From positions 19,901-83,900 of the forward strand of contig CAYSCS010000101.1 of NCBI GenBank assembly GCA_964429695.1: DNA of 64,000 nucleotides, written 5' to 3'. This DNA comes from an uncultured Eubacteriales bacterium (GTDB lineage Bacteria > Acidobacteriota > Aminicenantia > Aminicenantales > Aminicenantaceae). This document shows positions 53,140-62,065 of this stretch, piece after piece. The notes under the pieces are model-generated. The model had not been told where the DNA came from and did no database searches. It was given only the letters and a program-made list of their open reading frames with translations. The position numbers and the translations under genes were made by a program. The stretch's first letter is position 1. Each line of letters opens with the position of its first letter.

Positions 53140-53421
53140 TTAATTTTGGGAGGAGGCTTCCGATTTCTTACTCTTTTCTTTATCCTGAGGCTCTTTTTCA
53201 GTAGTTTTGTTTTCCTTGCTGGCCTCCTTTTCGGGAATCTTTTTCTGGGCGTAGTCTGTTATGTACCAACCGCTTCCTTTGAACTGTATCGCAGGAGCAG
53301 AAAGGAGTTTGATTATTGGTCCCCCACAGTGGATACAATTTTTCAGGTTATTTTCATTAAACTTCTGGATGACTTCAAAATGGGCTCCACATTTTTTGCA
53401 TTTGTACTCATATATTGGCAT
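53140..53421 (-). CDS. FmdB family zinc-ribbon protein
   Basis: 'MPIYEYKCKKCGAHFEVIQKF...CIHCGG' is followed by a Lys/Glu-rich tail. The start is taken at the internal Met, because the longer ORF would overlap the upstream gene. Confidence 0.75.
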   Translation of the reverse strand: MPIYEYKCKKCGAHFEVIQKFNENNLKNCIHCGGPIIKLLSAPAIQFKGSGWYITDYAQKKIPEKEASKENKTTEKEPQDKEKSKKSEASSQN

Positions 53422-53485
53422 TTTTTCCTCTCCTGAATGAAGATTTATTATACCAAATAAATCTTCCCCTTCAAGAGGGGGGAAA

Positions 53486-54946
53486 TTAATCGAAGACCTG
53501 TGCCTCGAACACGAATATTTCTGCTCCTTTCTTCCAGGCATCAGGAGGAAGACCGGCCTTTAGGCAGGCTTGTCTCAGGAACATGTCTCTTGACCAGTTG
53601 TTTTCGACTGGGACCTGAGGGAGGAGGATCCCCTTTTTCTCTCCCTCAACGATTAAGAGGCCGTGTTTGCCGACTTCGATTTGAGAAGGGTCTTCAATTT
53701 TTTTAAGAGTTGAGAGTACAGAAATCTCTATTTCAAGGTTTTTGAGCTCCTCTTGGCTAAGAGGGGGAAACCTCGGGTCTTTGCAAGCAGCAAATATAGC
53801 AGCCCGGATCACTGTTTCGTATAAAGGCATTATTGGTTCCACGAATCCTATGCATCCTCTTAAAGAGTGATGCTTTTTAAGGGTAACGAAGGCACCCTTT
53901 TTCTCGAATAGATTAGAGTTTTGGGGAGTATATTCAAAGATTGTTTTTTCTATTACAATTTTTTCTATGGCTTTGCGGGCAATTTGAAGTAGCTCCTTTT
54001 TTTCTTCTTGAGAGAGCTCTTTCTCTTCATCTTTTTGCTCAAGATAAATTGCCGCCGAGAGATACCCTACTACACCTGATTCAGGCCCACCTGCCTGTGA
54101 GGAATCAGCGTAGTGAAGGAGCTCAACGCGGGCTTCTCCTCGACTTTTTGCATACAACAAAGAAGCCACAACCCCTCCTCCTCCACACATGATGCCCTCT
54201 CCCCTCTCAATTTTTCTTTGCAGTGATTCGGTATCAAGAGCCTTGATTAGATTTGCAGTCTGATTATCTATTTCGTTTGCTTCTTTTTTCGGGAGATAAT
54301 GGGAGAGGTCTGTAGAGGCAACAAGCAATGCTTTTTTGTCCTTGAGAGCTTGGGTGAGCGCCTTAGCGAGAGAATTTACAGTATTTCTTGAGGGGGCTCC
54401 CATGAGAATGGGGACTATTTTCGCTTCGGGCAGGACTTTCTGGATGAAAGGAATTTGAACTTCTATCGAATGTTCTTCTTTATGGGCTTGAGGGATATAT
54501 TTGAAGCCTGAAAGAAATGAAATCTTGGACGCTAACTCCTCATCTATGTAGGCGACACCGAGCGGTGTTCTATAACCGCCGCGAGGATATATAGAGCATC
54601 CCTGGAAACCGTATCTGTGAGAGGGAGCGATGATGATGACAACCTCATAGTCCCGGCCTTGGACCTGTTTATAACCAAAGGCAGCAACTTGTCCAGAATA
54701 AATGTATCCCGCATGGGGGACGATGAGAGCCAGTATTTTTTCAGGAAGAGTAGTGCTCTTTTTGGCCTTCTCCAAAAATATGTCTATTTGTCGAGAAAGA
54801 ATTTCTGTTCTTTGGTCATAAAATTTCCCGGCCCAGACAGGTTCTCTTATTTCTTGAGCTATACACCAAGCTCCACAGAGAAAGAGAAGAAATAAAAGAA
54901 AGTTTAACTTTTTATTCATGAGACCCTCTTTAGATTTTATCTTCAA
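53486..54946 (-). CDS. Fusion of a Memo-like (AmmeMemoRadiSam system protein B) domain and an AMMECR1 (system protein A) domain, with an N-terminal signal peptide
   Basis: The Memo-like part shows 'WAGKFY' and 'LIVPHAGYIYSGQVAAFGYKQV', cf. MEMO1 'PHAGYTYCGSCAAHAYKQV'. The AMMECR1 part shows 'KKGAFVTLKKHHSLRGCIGFVEP'. The N-terminus 'KKLNFLLFLLFLCGAWCIAQE' looks like a Sec signal. Confidence 0.8.
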   Translation of the reverse strand: MKIKSKEGLMNKKLNFLLFLLFLCGAWCIAQEIREPVWAGKFYDQRTEILSRQIDIFLEKAKKSTTLPEKILALIVPHAGYIYSGQVAAFGYKQVQGRDYEVVIIIAPSHRYGFQGCSIYPRGGYRTPLGVAYIDEELASKISFLSGFKYIPQAHKEEHSIEVQIPFIQKVLPEAKIVPILMGAPSRNTVNSLAKALTQALKDKKALLVASTDLSHYLPKKEANEIDNQTANLIKALDTESLQRKIERGEGIMCGGGGVVASLLYAKSRGEARVELLHYADSSQAGGPESGVVGYLSAAIYLEQKDEEKELSQEEKKELLQIARKAIEKIVIEKTIFEYTPQNSNLFEKKGAFVTLKKHHSLRGCIGFVEPIMPLYETVIRAAIFAACKDPRFPPLSQEELKNLEIEISVLSTLKKIEDPSQIEVGKHGLLIVEGEKKGILLPQVPVENNWSRDMFLRQACLKAGLPPDAWKKGAEIFVFEAQVFD

Positions 54947-55028
54947 AAAAATATACTAAGAAAGGTGATAAAAATCAATCAGTTGACTTTTTCCTGGGCT
55001 TCAGATAAAAAAATTAGAGGTAGGTTAA

Positions 55029-55163
55029 GATGAAAGATGTATTCAAGAGTTTGCTTGCGGTTCTTCTTTTTTCTTCGGCTTTCTTGATAGGATTCTATCT
55101 TGGTGAAGAGAAGATAAAAGCGAAATTTCCTGATTTTCAGGAAGAAATTGAGAAACAAGTATA
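55029..55163 (+). CDS. Hypothetical 44-aa single-TM peptide
   Basis: 'MKDVFKSLLAVLLFSSAFLIGFYLGEEKIKAKFPDFQEEIEKQV'. It is below the ORF-track size cut-off and was found by manual translation. Confidence 0.3.
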
Positions 55164-55214
55164 GGAGAAAAGTATCTTTTGAAACATTTTTTTTCATAGT
55201 GATTGAGGCATGAT

Positions 55215-55556
55215 ATGAATTGGGGGGTGTATGGACTCCTCGTCGTCCTTGCTCTGTTCATTCTTCTTCTTGTTTTTTACCCCAATCTTTCCTGTTTTGG
55301 AAGGAGAATAAGGTCCCCTTTTTATCCTTTGTTTCGAAAAAAAGCCAGAACCAAGCGAAAGGTAGAGGATTACGGATTTCGCCTTGTTGAAGGAGAAGAA
55401 AGAAAGACGATTTCACTTGAGAAAAAGCCTCAGAACGTGAGCAAAAGAGTGAAGGTCGAGGATTACGGTTTCAAACTAGTCGAAAAGGAGAAGAATTCAA
55501 AGATAGAAAAAAAAGCAGGGGATGAAAATAAGGGTAGAAAGACATCTTCCGCTTAG
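55215..55556 (+). CDS. Hypothetical membrane-anchored protein with tandem 'VEDYGF(R/K)LVE' repeats
   Basis: An N-terminal TM 'GVYGLLVVLALFILLLVF' is present. Two near-identical repeats occur, 'KRKVEDYGFRLVEGEERK' and 'KRVKVEDYGFKLVEKEKN'. The ATG at 55215 is preferred over the TTG at 55203. Confidence 0.4.
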   Translation: MNWGVYGLLVVLALFILLLVFYPNLSCFGRRIRSPFYPLFRKKARTKRKVEDYGFRLVEGEERKTISLEKKPQNVSKRVKVEDYGFKLVEKEKNSKIEKKAGDENKGRKTSSA

Positions 55557-56258
55557 ATGAGGAAATGGGAATCAAAGGCAAATTCTCGATTGTTTCTCTG
55601 TTTCTTTCTCTATTTTTTGATGATTGCCTGCCATATTTCGAAAATAGAACTTCCCTCCCCAGGTGAAAAGATTGAAAGCATCGAAGGGTATGCTTCTCTT
55701 CAAATTTATGGAACAAAGCGCTCGACAAAATCAAGATTCACCTTCTACTTCGATCTGCCCTCACGCGGATATGTTGAAGCCTCAGATTTTTTAGGAAGAA
55801 CACTCTATAAGATTATCTTCTCTAAAGAAGAGGCCTTTTTCATCCTGCCTAGAGAAAAGATGTTCTGTAAGGGGCGAGAGGAAGAAATCATCTTTAATTT
55901 GATAAGGTTAAGGTTAACTTTAGAGGAAATTTTCAATCTGTTGAGCGGGGAATGGAAAAGCATTCACAACCAGAGTAGCGAAGAGAGTAGAGAATGGGTG
56001 CTTGGAGAGGATGAAAAGGGGAGAATCGTCTCAGGCATAAAAGGAGACCTTGGCTTCGAAGTCAAGGAATTTTTTGGGAAAACTAATTTTGTGAAGATGC
56101 TTGTTTTTTACTCAGGAGAAAACAGAGGGAGGATGAAAGTCCTTTCCTTAAGCCTCAATAAGCCATTGAGTAAGCCTATATTTTCGCTCGATTTTTTAAA
56201 GACTTACGAGATGAAAACGTGGGATGAAATAGAGGAGATTTTGGGGATTGAGAATTAG
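55557..56258 (+). CDS. Putative outer-membrane lipoprotein LolB-like protein
   Basis: A signal plus lipobox-like 'LMIACH' is present. The size (233 aa) and the position immediately upstream of ispE, as in the conserved lolB-ispE-prs context, support the call. Sequence similarity was not verifiable by eye. Confidence 0.4.
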   Translation: MRKWESKANSRLFLCFFLYFLMIACHISKIELPSPGEKIESIEGYASLQIYGTKRSTKSRFTFYFDLPSRGYVEASDFLGRTLYKIIFSKEEAFFILPREKMFCKGREEEIIFNLIRLRLTLEEIFNLLSGEWKSIHNQSSEESREWVLGEDEKGRIVSGIKGDLGFEVKEFFGKTNFVKMLVFYSGENRGRMKVLSLSLNKPLSKPIFSLDFLKTYEMKTWDEIEEILGIEN

Positions 56259-57114
56259 TTCGTTCGCCAAGATAAACCTTGGGCTTGAGGTGCTCAAGAA
56301 GAGGGAAGATGGCTATCATGAGATCCGGACCATTTTCCAGAGCATTAGTCTATGTGATTCTATGGAATTTCAACTGACTGAAGACGGTCGCCTTGAGCTC
56401 AGAGGTGATGAGGAGAGTATTTCGTGGGGGAAAGAAAATTTAATTTATAAAGCCGCATCTCTTCTCAAAGAAAAATATGGTGTAGTGCAGGGTGTTTCCA
56501 TTCATGTAAAAAAGAGCATCCCCCCAGGAAAGGGACTGGGAGGAGGAAGCAGCAATGCAGCCATGACCCTTTTTGCCTTGAACAGACTCTGGAGTCTTGG
56601 TTTATCCAAGAATGAATTGATGAAAATGGGGAGCCTTCTGGGCGCAGATGTCCCTTACTTTTTTGAAGGGGGACTTTGTTTGGGTTTGGAAAAAGGAAAT
56701 AAAGTTTTTCCCTTGGAAGATCTCCGCGAAATGCCTTGTGTTCTTGTTTTTCCCCCCTTCGCTATCTCAACACGTTTCATCTATAACGAACATCGCCCCT
56801 CCTTGACTTCAGAAGGTAAAGAAAGTAAAATAACTAAGTTTTTATCTACCAAAGAGATTGGCTCACTTGAAAATAATTTAGAAGAGACTGTTTTTAATTT
56901 TTATCCTCGGCTCAAAGAAATAAAGAGCCTTTTGCTTGGCCAAGGTGCAGAGCTTTCGTTGCTAAGTGGGACAGGCTCAGCTATTTTTGGTTTGTTCAGG
57001 CAAAGAAAGAGAGCAGAAGAAAGCTTGAGAGAGTTAGAGAGGCATTATCCGTCGTTACTCGTAGAGACAATTTCTCGAAAAAAATACTTTGAGCATATAC
57101 TTGCTGGGGAGTAG
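56248..57114 (+). CDS. ispE: 4-diphosphocytidyl-2-C-methyl-D-erythritol kinase
   Basis: Carries 'FAKINLGLEV' and the GHMP kinase motif 'PPGKGLGGGSSNAA'. Confidence 0.92.
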   Translation: MRISSFAKINLGLEVLKKREDGYHEIRTIFQSISLCDSMEFQLTEDGRLELRGDEESISWGKENLIYKAASLLKEKYGVVQGVSIHVKKSIPPGKGLGGGSSNAAMTLFALNRLWSLGLSKNELMKMGSLLGADVPYFFEGGLCLGLEKGNKVFPLEDLREMPCVLVFPPFAISTRFIYNEHRPSLTSEGKESKITKFLSTKEIGSLENNLEETVFNFYPRLKEIKSLLLGQGAELSLLSGTGSAIFGLFRQRKRAEESLRELERHYPSLLVETISRKKYFEHILAGE

Positions 57115-57176
57115 CCAAGCGGAAAGGCAGCGGACTTTGGATCCGCCATGCGGAGGTTCGAATCCTCCCTCCCCAG
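57105..57176 (+). tRNA. tRNA-Gln (anticodon UUG)
   Basis: Manual fold of 72 nt. Acceptor stem TGGGGAG/CTCCCCA (U1:A72) with discriminator G73. D-stem GCC/GGC. Anticodon stem GCGGA/TCCGC with loop CTTTGGA, giving anticodon TTG. Variable loop CATGC. T-arm GGAGG-TTCGAAT-CCTCC. No CCA is encoded. It overlaps the ispE stop codon. Confidence 0.85.
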
Positions 57177-57220
57177 TTTTTTGATAGACTTTACTCAAAG
57201 ATAAATTTTGAGAGAGGACA

Positions 57221-58168
57221 ATGATAAAGGATGAAGAAATGAAGGTTTTTGCCGGGTCTTCAAACATTCCTCTGGCAAATGAAATCGCTGAGTATTTAGG
57301 CACTGGACTGGGCAAATGTATGCTAGATAGATTCAGTGATGGAGAAATTCACTTTTATATCGATGAAAATGTCAGGGGGAAAGATGTTTTTGTTCTCCAG
57401 TCAGGGTCTTATGATGCCAATTTTCATCTCATGGAGCTTTTCTTGATGATTGATGCCTTCAAGCGAGCTTCAGCTGGAAGAATAACTGCGGTCATCCCCT
57501 ATTATTCCTATGCAAGACAGGACTGGAAAGACAGACCCCGTGTGCCTATCTCAGCGCGGCTGGTTGCAGATTTAATTCAGGCCTCTGGAGCAGACAGAGT
57601 TTTAACCATGGACCTTCATTCTCCCCAGATCCAGGGTTTTTTCTCCATTCCTGTGGACAATTTAATGGCGGCTCCTGTCTTGGCCAATTATATTCTGGGG
57701 CTGGGACTTAAAGATTATGCAGTTGTTTCTCCTGATGCAGGAGGAGTAGGGAGGGCTCGTTTCTTCGCTAAAAGAGTGAATGCCACTCTTGCAATCATAG
57801 ATAAAAGAAGACCAGCTCCTAACATTGCCCAAGTTTTCCATGTCATAGGAGATGTTAGGGATAGAGACGTGCTTATCTTAGATGATATTGTCGATACAGG
57901 AGGAACTCTTATTAAGAGTGCACAGGCTTTGAAAGAAAATGGAGCCTTGAGGGTCTTTGCTGCCTGCACCCATCCTGTGTTATCAGGAAATGCAATCGAG
58001 AGAATAGAAAATTCCCAAATCGAAAAATTGATTGTGACCAACACCATCCCTTTAAAAGGGATTGCGAAAACATCCCGGAAGATAGAGGTGCTCTCAGTGG
58101 CTTCCCTTTTAGGAGAGGCCATCAGAAGAATAAATAAAGGTCAATCTGTCAGTTCGCTTTTTGATTGA
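57221..58168 (+). CDS. prs: Ribose-phosphate pyrophosphokinase
   Basis: Carries 'KVFAGSSNIPLANEIAEYLG' and a PRPP-binding 'VLILDDIVDTGGTL' motif. Confidence 0.95.
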   Translation: MIKDEEMKVFAGSSNIPLANEIAEYLGTGLGKCMLDRFSDGEIHFYIDENVRGKDVFVLQSGSYDANFHLMELFLMIDAFKRASAGRITAVIPYYSYARQDWKDRPRVPISARLVADLIQASGADRVLTMDLHSPQIQGFFSIPVDNLMAAPVLANYILGLGLKDYAVVSPDAGGVGRARFFAKRVNATLAIIDKRRPAPNIAQVFHVIGDVRDRDVLILDDIVDTGGTLIKSAQALKENGALRVFAACTHPVLSGNAIERIENSQIEKLIVTNTIPLKGIAKTSRKIEVLSVASLLGEAIRRINKGQSVSSLFD

Positions 58169-58181
58169 GGAGGATGAAGAG

Positions 58182-58838
58182 ATGAGTTTAATCATAAGAG
58201 CAGAAAAAAGAACGATTTTTGGTAAGAATGCTTCACGGAGAATAAGAAGCAAGGGGAAGATCCCAGCCATTCTTTACGGAACTGAAATCGAGAATGTTCC
58301 TCTCATCGTGGATAAAAAAGACATCTTCAAGGTGGTGAAATCAGAAACTGGAGAGAATACAATCTTTAAGATTGTCTTTGACTCTGAAGAGAAAGATGCG
58401 ATGATCAAAGAGATTCAGAAGGACCCTACTACGGATGAACTGCTTCATGCTGACCTTATTCATATCTCTCTCGATCGCCCCATTAGGCTTTCTGTCCCCG
58501 TTATTGCCAGAGGAGAAGCAGTCGGAGTGAAGGCAGAGGGAGGATTTGTAGACTTTATCACTAGAGAGATTGAGATTGAATGTCTTCCTCGAGATATCCC
58601 AGAGCACATCGAAATAGACATAAGCCCCCTTCATCTCAATCAATCCTTGAAAGTTCAAGATATCAGGGCTCCTGAAGGAGTGAGGATTATAAGCGACCCT
58701 TCTCTGGTCATTGTCCACATCGAACCTCCTGCAGTGGAAGAGGTTAAAGTTGGAGTAGAAGAAGAGGTCATTTCCGTAGAGAAAGAACCCGAAATCATCA
58801 AGAAAGGAAAGGCAGAGGAGGAGGAAGAGAAAGAATAA
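58182..58838 (+). CDS. rplY: 50S ribosomal protein L25 / general stress protein Ctc
   Basis: 'MSLIIRAEKRTIFGKNASRRIRSKGKIPAILYG' is followed by an acidic C-terminal tail. It sits in the conserved prs-rplY-pth position. Confidence 0.88.
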   Translation: MSLIIRAEKRTIFGKNASRRIRSKGKIPAILYGTEIENVPLIVDKKDIFKVVKSETGENTIFKIVFDSEEKDAMIKEIQKDPTTDELLHADLIHISLDRPIRLSVPVIARGEAVGVKAEGGFVDFITREIEIECLPRDIPEHIEIDISPLHLNQSLKVQDIRAPEGVRIISDPSLVIVHIEPPAVEEVKVGVEEEVISVEKEPEIIKKGKAEEEEEKE

Positions 58839-58841
58839 AAG

Positions 58842-59486
58842 ATGGAACAGAATTTGTGGGCTATTGTAGGGCTGGGGAATCCAGGAAGACAATTTTCTGA
58901 AACAAGGCATAACGTCGGTTTCAGGTTCATCGAGAGGATTTCGAGAAGATGGAAGGCAAAATTGAGGAAGAAAATGTTTCTTTCAAAGGTAGCCATCATG
59001 GACAAGGATAAGGTGAAGTTACTGCTTGCCATGCCTCAGACGTATATGAATAGAAGCGGAATGGCAGTGAAGAAAATCATTAAAGAGGGAGGAGTTAAAC
59101 CCGAGAAAATGGTGGTGATTTATGACGACCTCGACCTACCTCTGGGGGAGATAAGAATAAGGATGAGAGGAGGAGCAGGAACTCATAAGGGAATGAGCTC
59201 CATCCTAGCTGAGATAGGAACAACATCTTTTCCTCGAATAAGAATAGGCATAGGGCCTTTAGATGAGGGGAAGGATAGTGCCGAATTTGTTCTTAACCCT
59301 TTCAGGAAAGAGGAACTCCCTCTTCTTGAAAAAGGCTTGCTTCGTGCCGAGGAGGCCTTGGAATTACTTCTTAAAGGAGAGGCTGAAAAGGCCATGAACA
59401 TCTATAATAAGAAGGTTAAATCCTTAGAAGAAAAAGAGGAGAGAAAAGGACTCCTTGCTCCCTCTGCTCAGGAGAGGGGGTTTTAA
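58842..59486 (+). CDS. pth: Peptidyl-tRNA hydrolase
   Basis: Begins 'LWAIVGLGNPGRQFSETRHNVGF', with 'YMNRSG'. Confidence 0.92.
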   Translation: MEQNLWAIVGLGNPGRQFSETRHNVGFRFIERISRRWKAKLRKKMFLSKVAIMDKDKVKLLLAMPQTYMNRSGMAVKKIIKEGGVKPEKMVVIYDDLDLPLGEIRIRMRGGAGTHKGMSSILAEIGTTSFPRIRIGIGPLDEGKDSAEFVLNPFRKEELPLLEKGLLRAEEALELLLKGEAEKAMNIYNKKVKSLEEKEERKGLLAPSAQERGF

Positions 59487-59504
59487 ATCCATAAGGAGGG
59501 TTAG

Positions 59505-59912
59505 ATGCAGCTTTACGAAACAGCATTTTTAATTGCACCCAATCTTTCAGAGGAAGAGGCCGAAGAGCTTACTCTGAAAATGGCGGAGGTGGTCTCTAAA
59601 AGAAAGGGGAAGATGATAGAACAGGATAAATGGGGGAAGAGAAGGCTTTCATATCCAATAAAAAAATTTGAGGAAGCCTACTATGTTTTTTTCCGCTATG
59701 AAGCAGACCCATCTGTTCCTTCTGAACTGGAGAGGTTGTTTAAACAAACAGAGGCAATCCTGAGATTCATGACCCTGAAGAAGGAAAAAGAGGCAAGATT
59801 GAGAAGGAGAGCCAGAGTTGTTCGAATCCCAGAGGAAGAGAAGGGAGAAGAATCAACGAGGGGAGAGGCGCCCTCAAAAGATACGAGAGAAGAGGAGAAA
59901 TTAAATGGCTAA
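59505..59912 (+). CDS. rpsF: 30S ribosomal protein S6
   Basis: '[18 protein letters not shown]' is followed by an acidic tail. Confidence 0.9.
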   Translation: MQLYETAFLIAPNLSEEEAEELTLKMAEVVSKRKGKMIEQDKWGKRRLSYPIKKFEEAYYVFFRYEADPSVPSELERLFKQTEAILRFMTLKKEKEARLRRRARVVRIPEEEKGEESTRGEAPSKDTREEEKLNG

Positions 59913-60162
59913 AGAAATAAGAATGGAAAAGGCTCAGACAAGGAAGTATTTTGCCCTCAAAAAAAAGGGCTGTAGATTTTGCGAGAAGAATCTAAGGGAG
60001 ATTGATTATAAGAACATAGAACTACTCAAGAAATATGTCCCGGAAAGGGGGAAAATTTCCCCTCGACGAATCACAGGTACATGTTCTTTTCATCAAAGGA
60101 AGCTCTCCAAGGCTATAAAGAGAGCGCGAATACTAGCTTTATTGCCTTTTGTAGAAGATTAG
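59905..60162 (+). CDS. rpsR: 30S ribosomal protein S18
   Basis: Carries '[23 protein letters not shown]...[21 protein letters not shown]'. Confidence 0.92.
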   Translation: MAKEIRMEKAQTRKYFALKKKGCRFCEKNLREIDYKNIELLKKYVPERGKISPRRITGTCSFHQRKLSKAIKRARILALLPFVED

Positions 60163-60185
60163 TAGAGATTCTGGAGGGAGGCGAG

Positions 60186-60656
60186 ATGCGGGTAATTTTA
60201 AGAGAAAACATAGAGAATCTGGGGAGAAAGGGGGAGATTGTAGAAGTTGCGCCAGGTTACGGGAGGAATTATCTAATTCCCAGAAAACTCGCCCTGGAAG
60301 TCACAAGAGAAAACTTGAAAATGATCCAGGAAGCACAGAGGGTGCTTCAGAAAAAGTTTGATCAAGAGATGCTCTCCCATCAGGAGCTTATCAAGAAGCT
60401 GAATGAGACAAGGCTAACTTTTGTCAGGAAGTCTGCAGAGAAGGATGTGATTTTCGGTTCGGTAAGCGCAGCAGACATAAAGGATGCCCTCGCAGAGCAT
60501 GGTTTTGAGATTGATAGAAAAAAAATTTTACTTTCTGAACCTATAAAAAGATTGGGAAATTACACCGTGGAGATAAAGGTTTTCCATGAAGACAGGGCAG
60601 AGGTAAAGGTAGAAGTCATCAAAGAGGAAGATAGAAAAGAGGGAGAAAGAGGATAA
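60186..60656 (+). CDS. rplI: 50S ribosomal protein L9
   Basis: 'MRVILRENIENLGRKGEIVEVAPGYGRNYLIPRKLA'. The ORF track starts at 60081, but the L9 start is the internal Met. Confidence 0.9.
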   Translation: MRVILRENIENLGRKGEIVEVAPGYGRNYLIPRKLALEVTRENLKMIQEAQRVLQKKFDQEMLSHQELIKKLNETRLTFVRKSAEKDVIFGSVSAADIKDALAEHGFEIDRKKILLSEPIKRLGNYTVEIKVFHEDRAEVKVEVIKEEDRKEGERG

Positions 60657-60709
60657 AGAGTGAAGAAGGAATGAAAGAAGTGCTTGAGACCAGAAGATAA
60701 AGGAGAGAG

Positions 60710-62065
60710 ATGGAGCTTGACTTAATGTTCTTGAAGAGGACTCCGCCCCACAGCTTGGAGGCAGAAAAGACTGTGCTGGGGGGAATTCTTGTCAACAATA
60801 AGAACCTTAATGTGGTTTTATCCATCATAACCCCTGATGATTTCTATAAAGAGGCAAATCGAAAAATTTTAGAGAAGATAATTGCTCTTGTGGATAAGGG
60901 ACTCCCGGTGGACTTATTAACCTTGAGCGAGGAGCTTCAGAAAGCTGGTTGCTTGGATGAGGTTGGGGGTGCCACCTATCTTTCTTCGTTGATGGATGGG
61001 GTTCCCAAAAGCCTGAACATAGAATATCATGCTCAAATAATCAAGGAGAAATCTCTCCTCAGGCGTCTTATCCTTTCTTCGGCAAAGATTATTTCTTCAA
61101 GCTACGAACAGAAGGAAGATGCAGACCAGCTCCTCGACGAAGCTCAGGCAGCCATAATAGAAATCGCCGAACAGAGAATTAAGCCGGGATTCATCCCTCT
61201 CAGGGCATTGACCGACCCCACACTGGAGATGATTCATGCCCTCCATGAGCGAAAACAGGCAGTGACAGGGATACCAACCGGGTTTCGTGACCTGGATGGT
61301 TTGACTTCTGGATTTCACAATTCTGAATTTATCGTCATTGCAGCCAGGCCGTCGATGGGAAAGACCTCCTTGGGCTTAAACATTTCCCATTATGTGGGGG
61401 TCAAGACTGATTATTCTGTAGGGTTTTTTTCCTTAGAAATGGCCAAGGAGCAGATTGTCATCCGCCTCCTGTGCGCAGAAGCTCAGCTTGATATCAGGAA
61501 GGTTCGCACAGGATTTATCAGTGAAAGAGATTTCGAAAAGCTTAAGCTGAGCGCCGAAGTTTTGAAAAATGCCAATATCTTCATTGACGAATCACCATCT
61601 TTAAACGTGATGGAGATGAAGGCAAAGGCAAGAAGGCTGAAGATGGAACAGAATCTCGACCTTCTCTTTGTGGATTATATCCAGCTGATGAGACCAGGAG
61701 GAAGGTTTGAAAGCAGGACTCAAGAGATGACTTACATCTCCCGCTCCTTAAAGGAACTCGCTAAAGAAATTCAAATTCCTGTCGTAGGGATTTCCCAGTT
61801 AAGCAGAGCACCCGAGAAGGGGAGGCGAGAGCCTATTCCCCAACTTTCTGATTTGAGAGAATCAGGAGCCATCGAACAGGATGCCGATGTGGTCGTTTTT
61901 ATCTACCGTCCTGAGCTTTATCGGCCTCATGAGGAGAGCATCCGGGGAATTGCGGAAATCAACGTTGCCAAACAGCGCAATGGACCTACAGGAAAAATAA
62001 CCCTCGCTTTCATCAAGGAGTATGCACGCTTTGTCGACATGGAATTTCGTGCCTTAGAACTTTGA
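60710..62065 (+). CDS. dnaB: Replicative DNA helicase
   Basis: The N-terminus reads 'PPHSLEAEKTVLGGIL'. Walker A is 'AARPSMGKTSLGLN', and 'ISQLSRAPE' is present. Confidence 0.95.
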   Translation: MELDLMFLKRTPPHSLEAEKTVLGGILVNNKNLNVVLSIITPDDFYKEANRKILEKIIALVDKGLPVDLLTLSEELQKAGCLDEVGGATYLSSLMDGVPKSLNIEYHAQIIKEKSLLRRLILSSAKIISSSYEQKEDADQLLDEAQAAIIEIAEQRIKPGFIPLRALTDPTLEMIHALHERKQAVTGIPTGFRDLDGLTSGFHNSEFIVIAARPSMGKTSLGLNISHYVGVKTDYSVGFFSLEMAKEQIVIRLLCAEAQLDIRKVRTGFISERDFEKLKLSAEVLKNANIFIDESPSLNVMEMKAKARRLKMEQNLDLLFVDYIQLMRPGGRFESRTQEMTYISRSLKELAKEIQIPVVGISQLSRAPEKGRREPIPQLSDLRESGAIEQDADVVVFIYRPELYRPHEESIRGIAEINVAKQRNGPTGKITLAFIKEYARFVDMEFRALEL

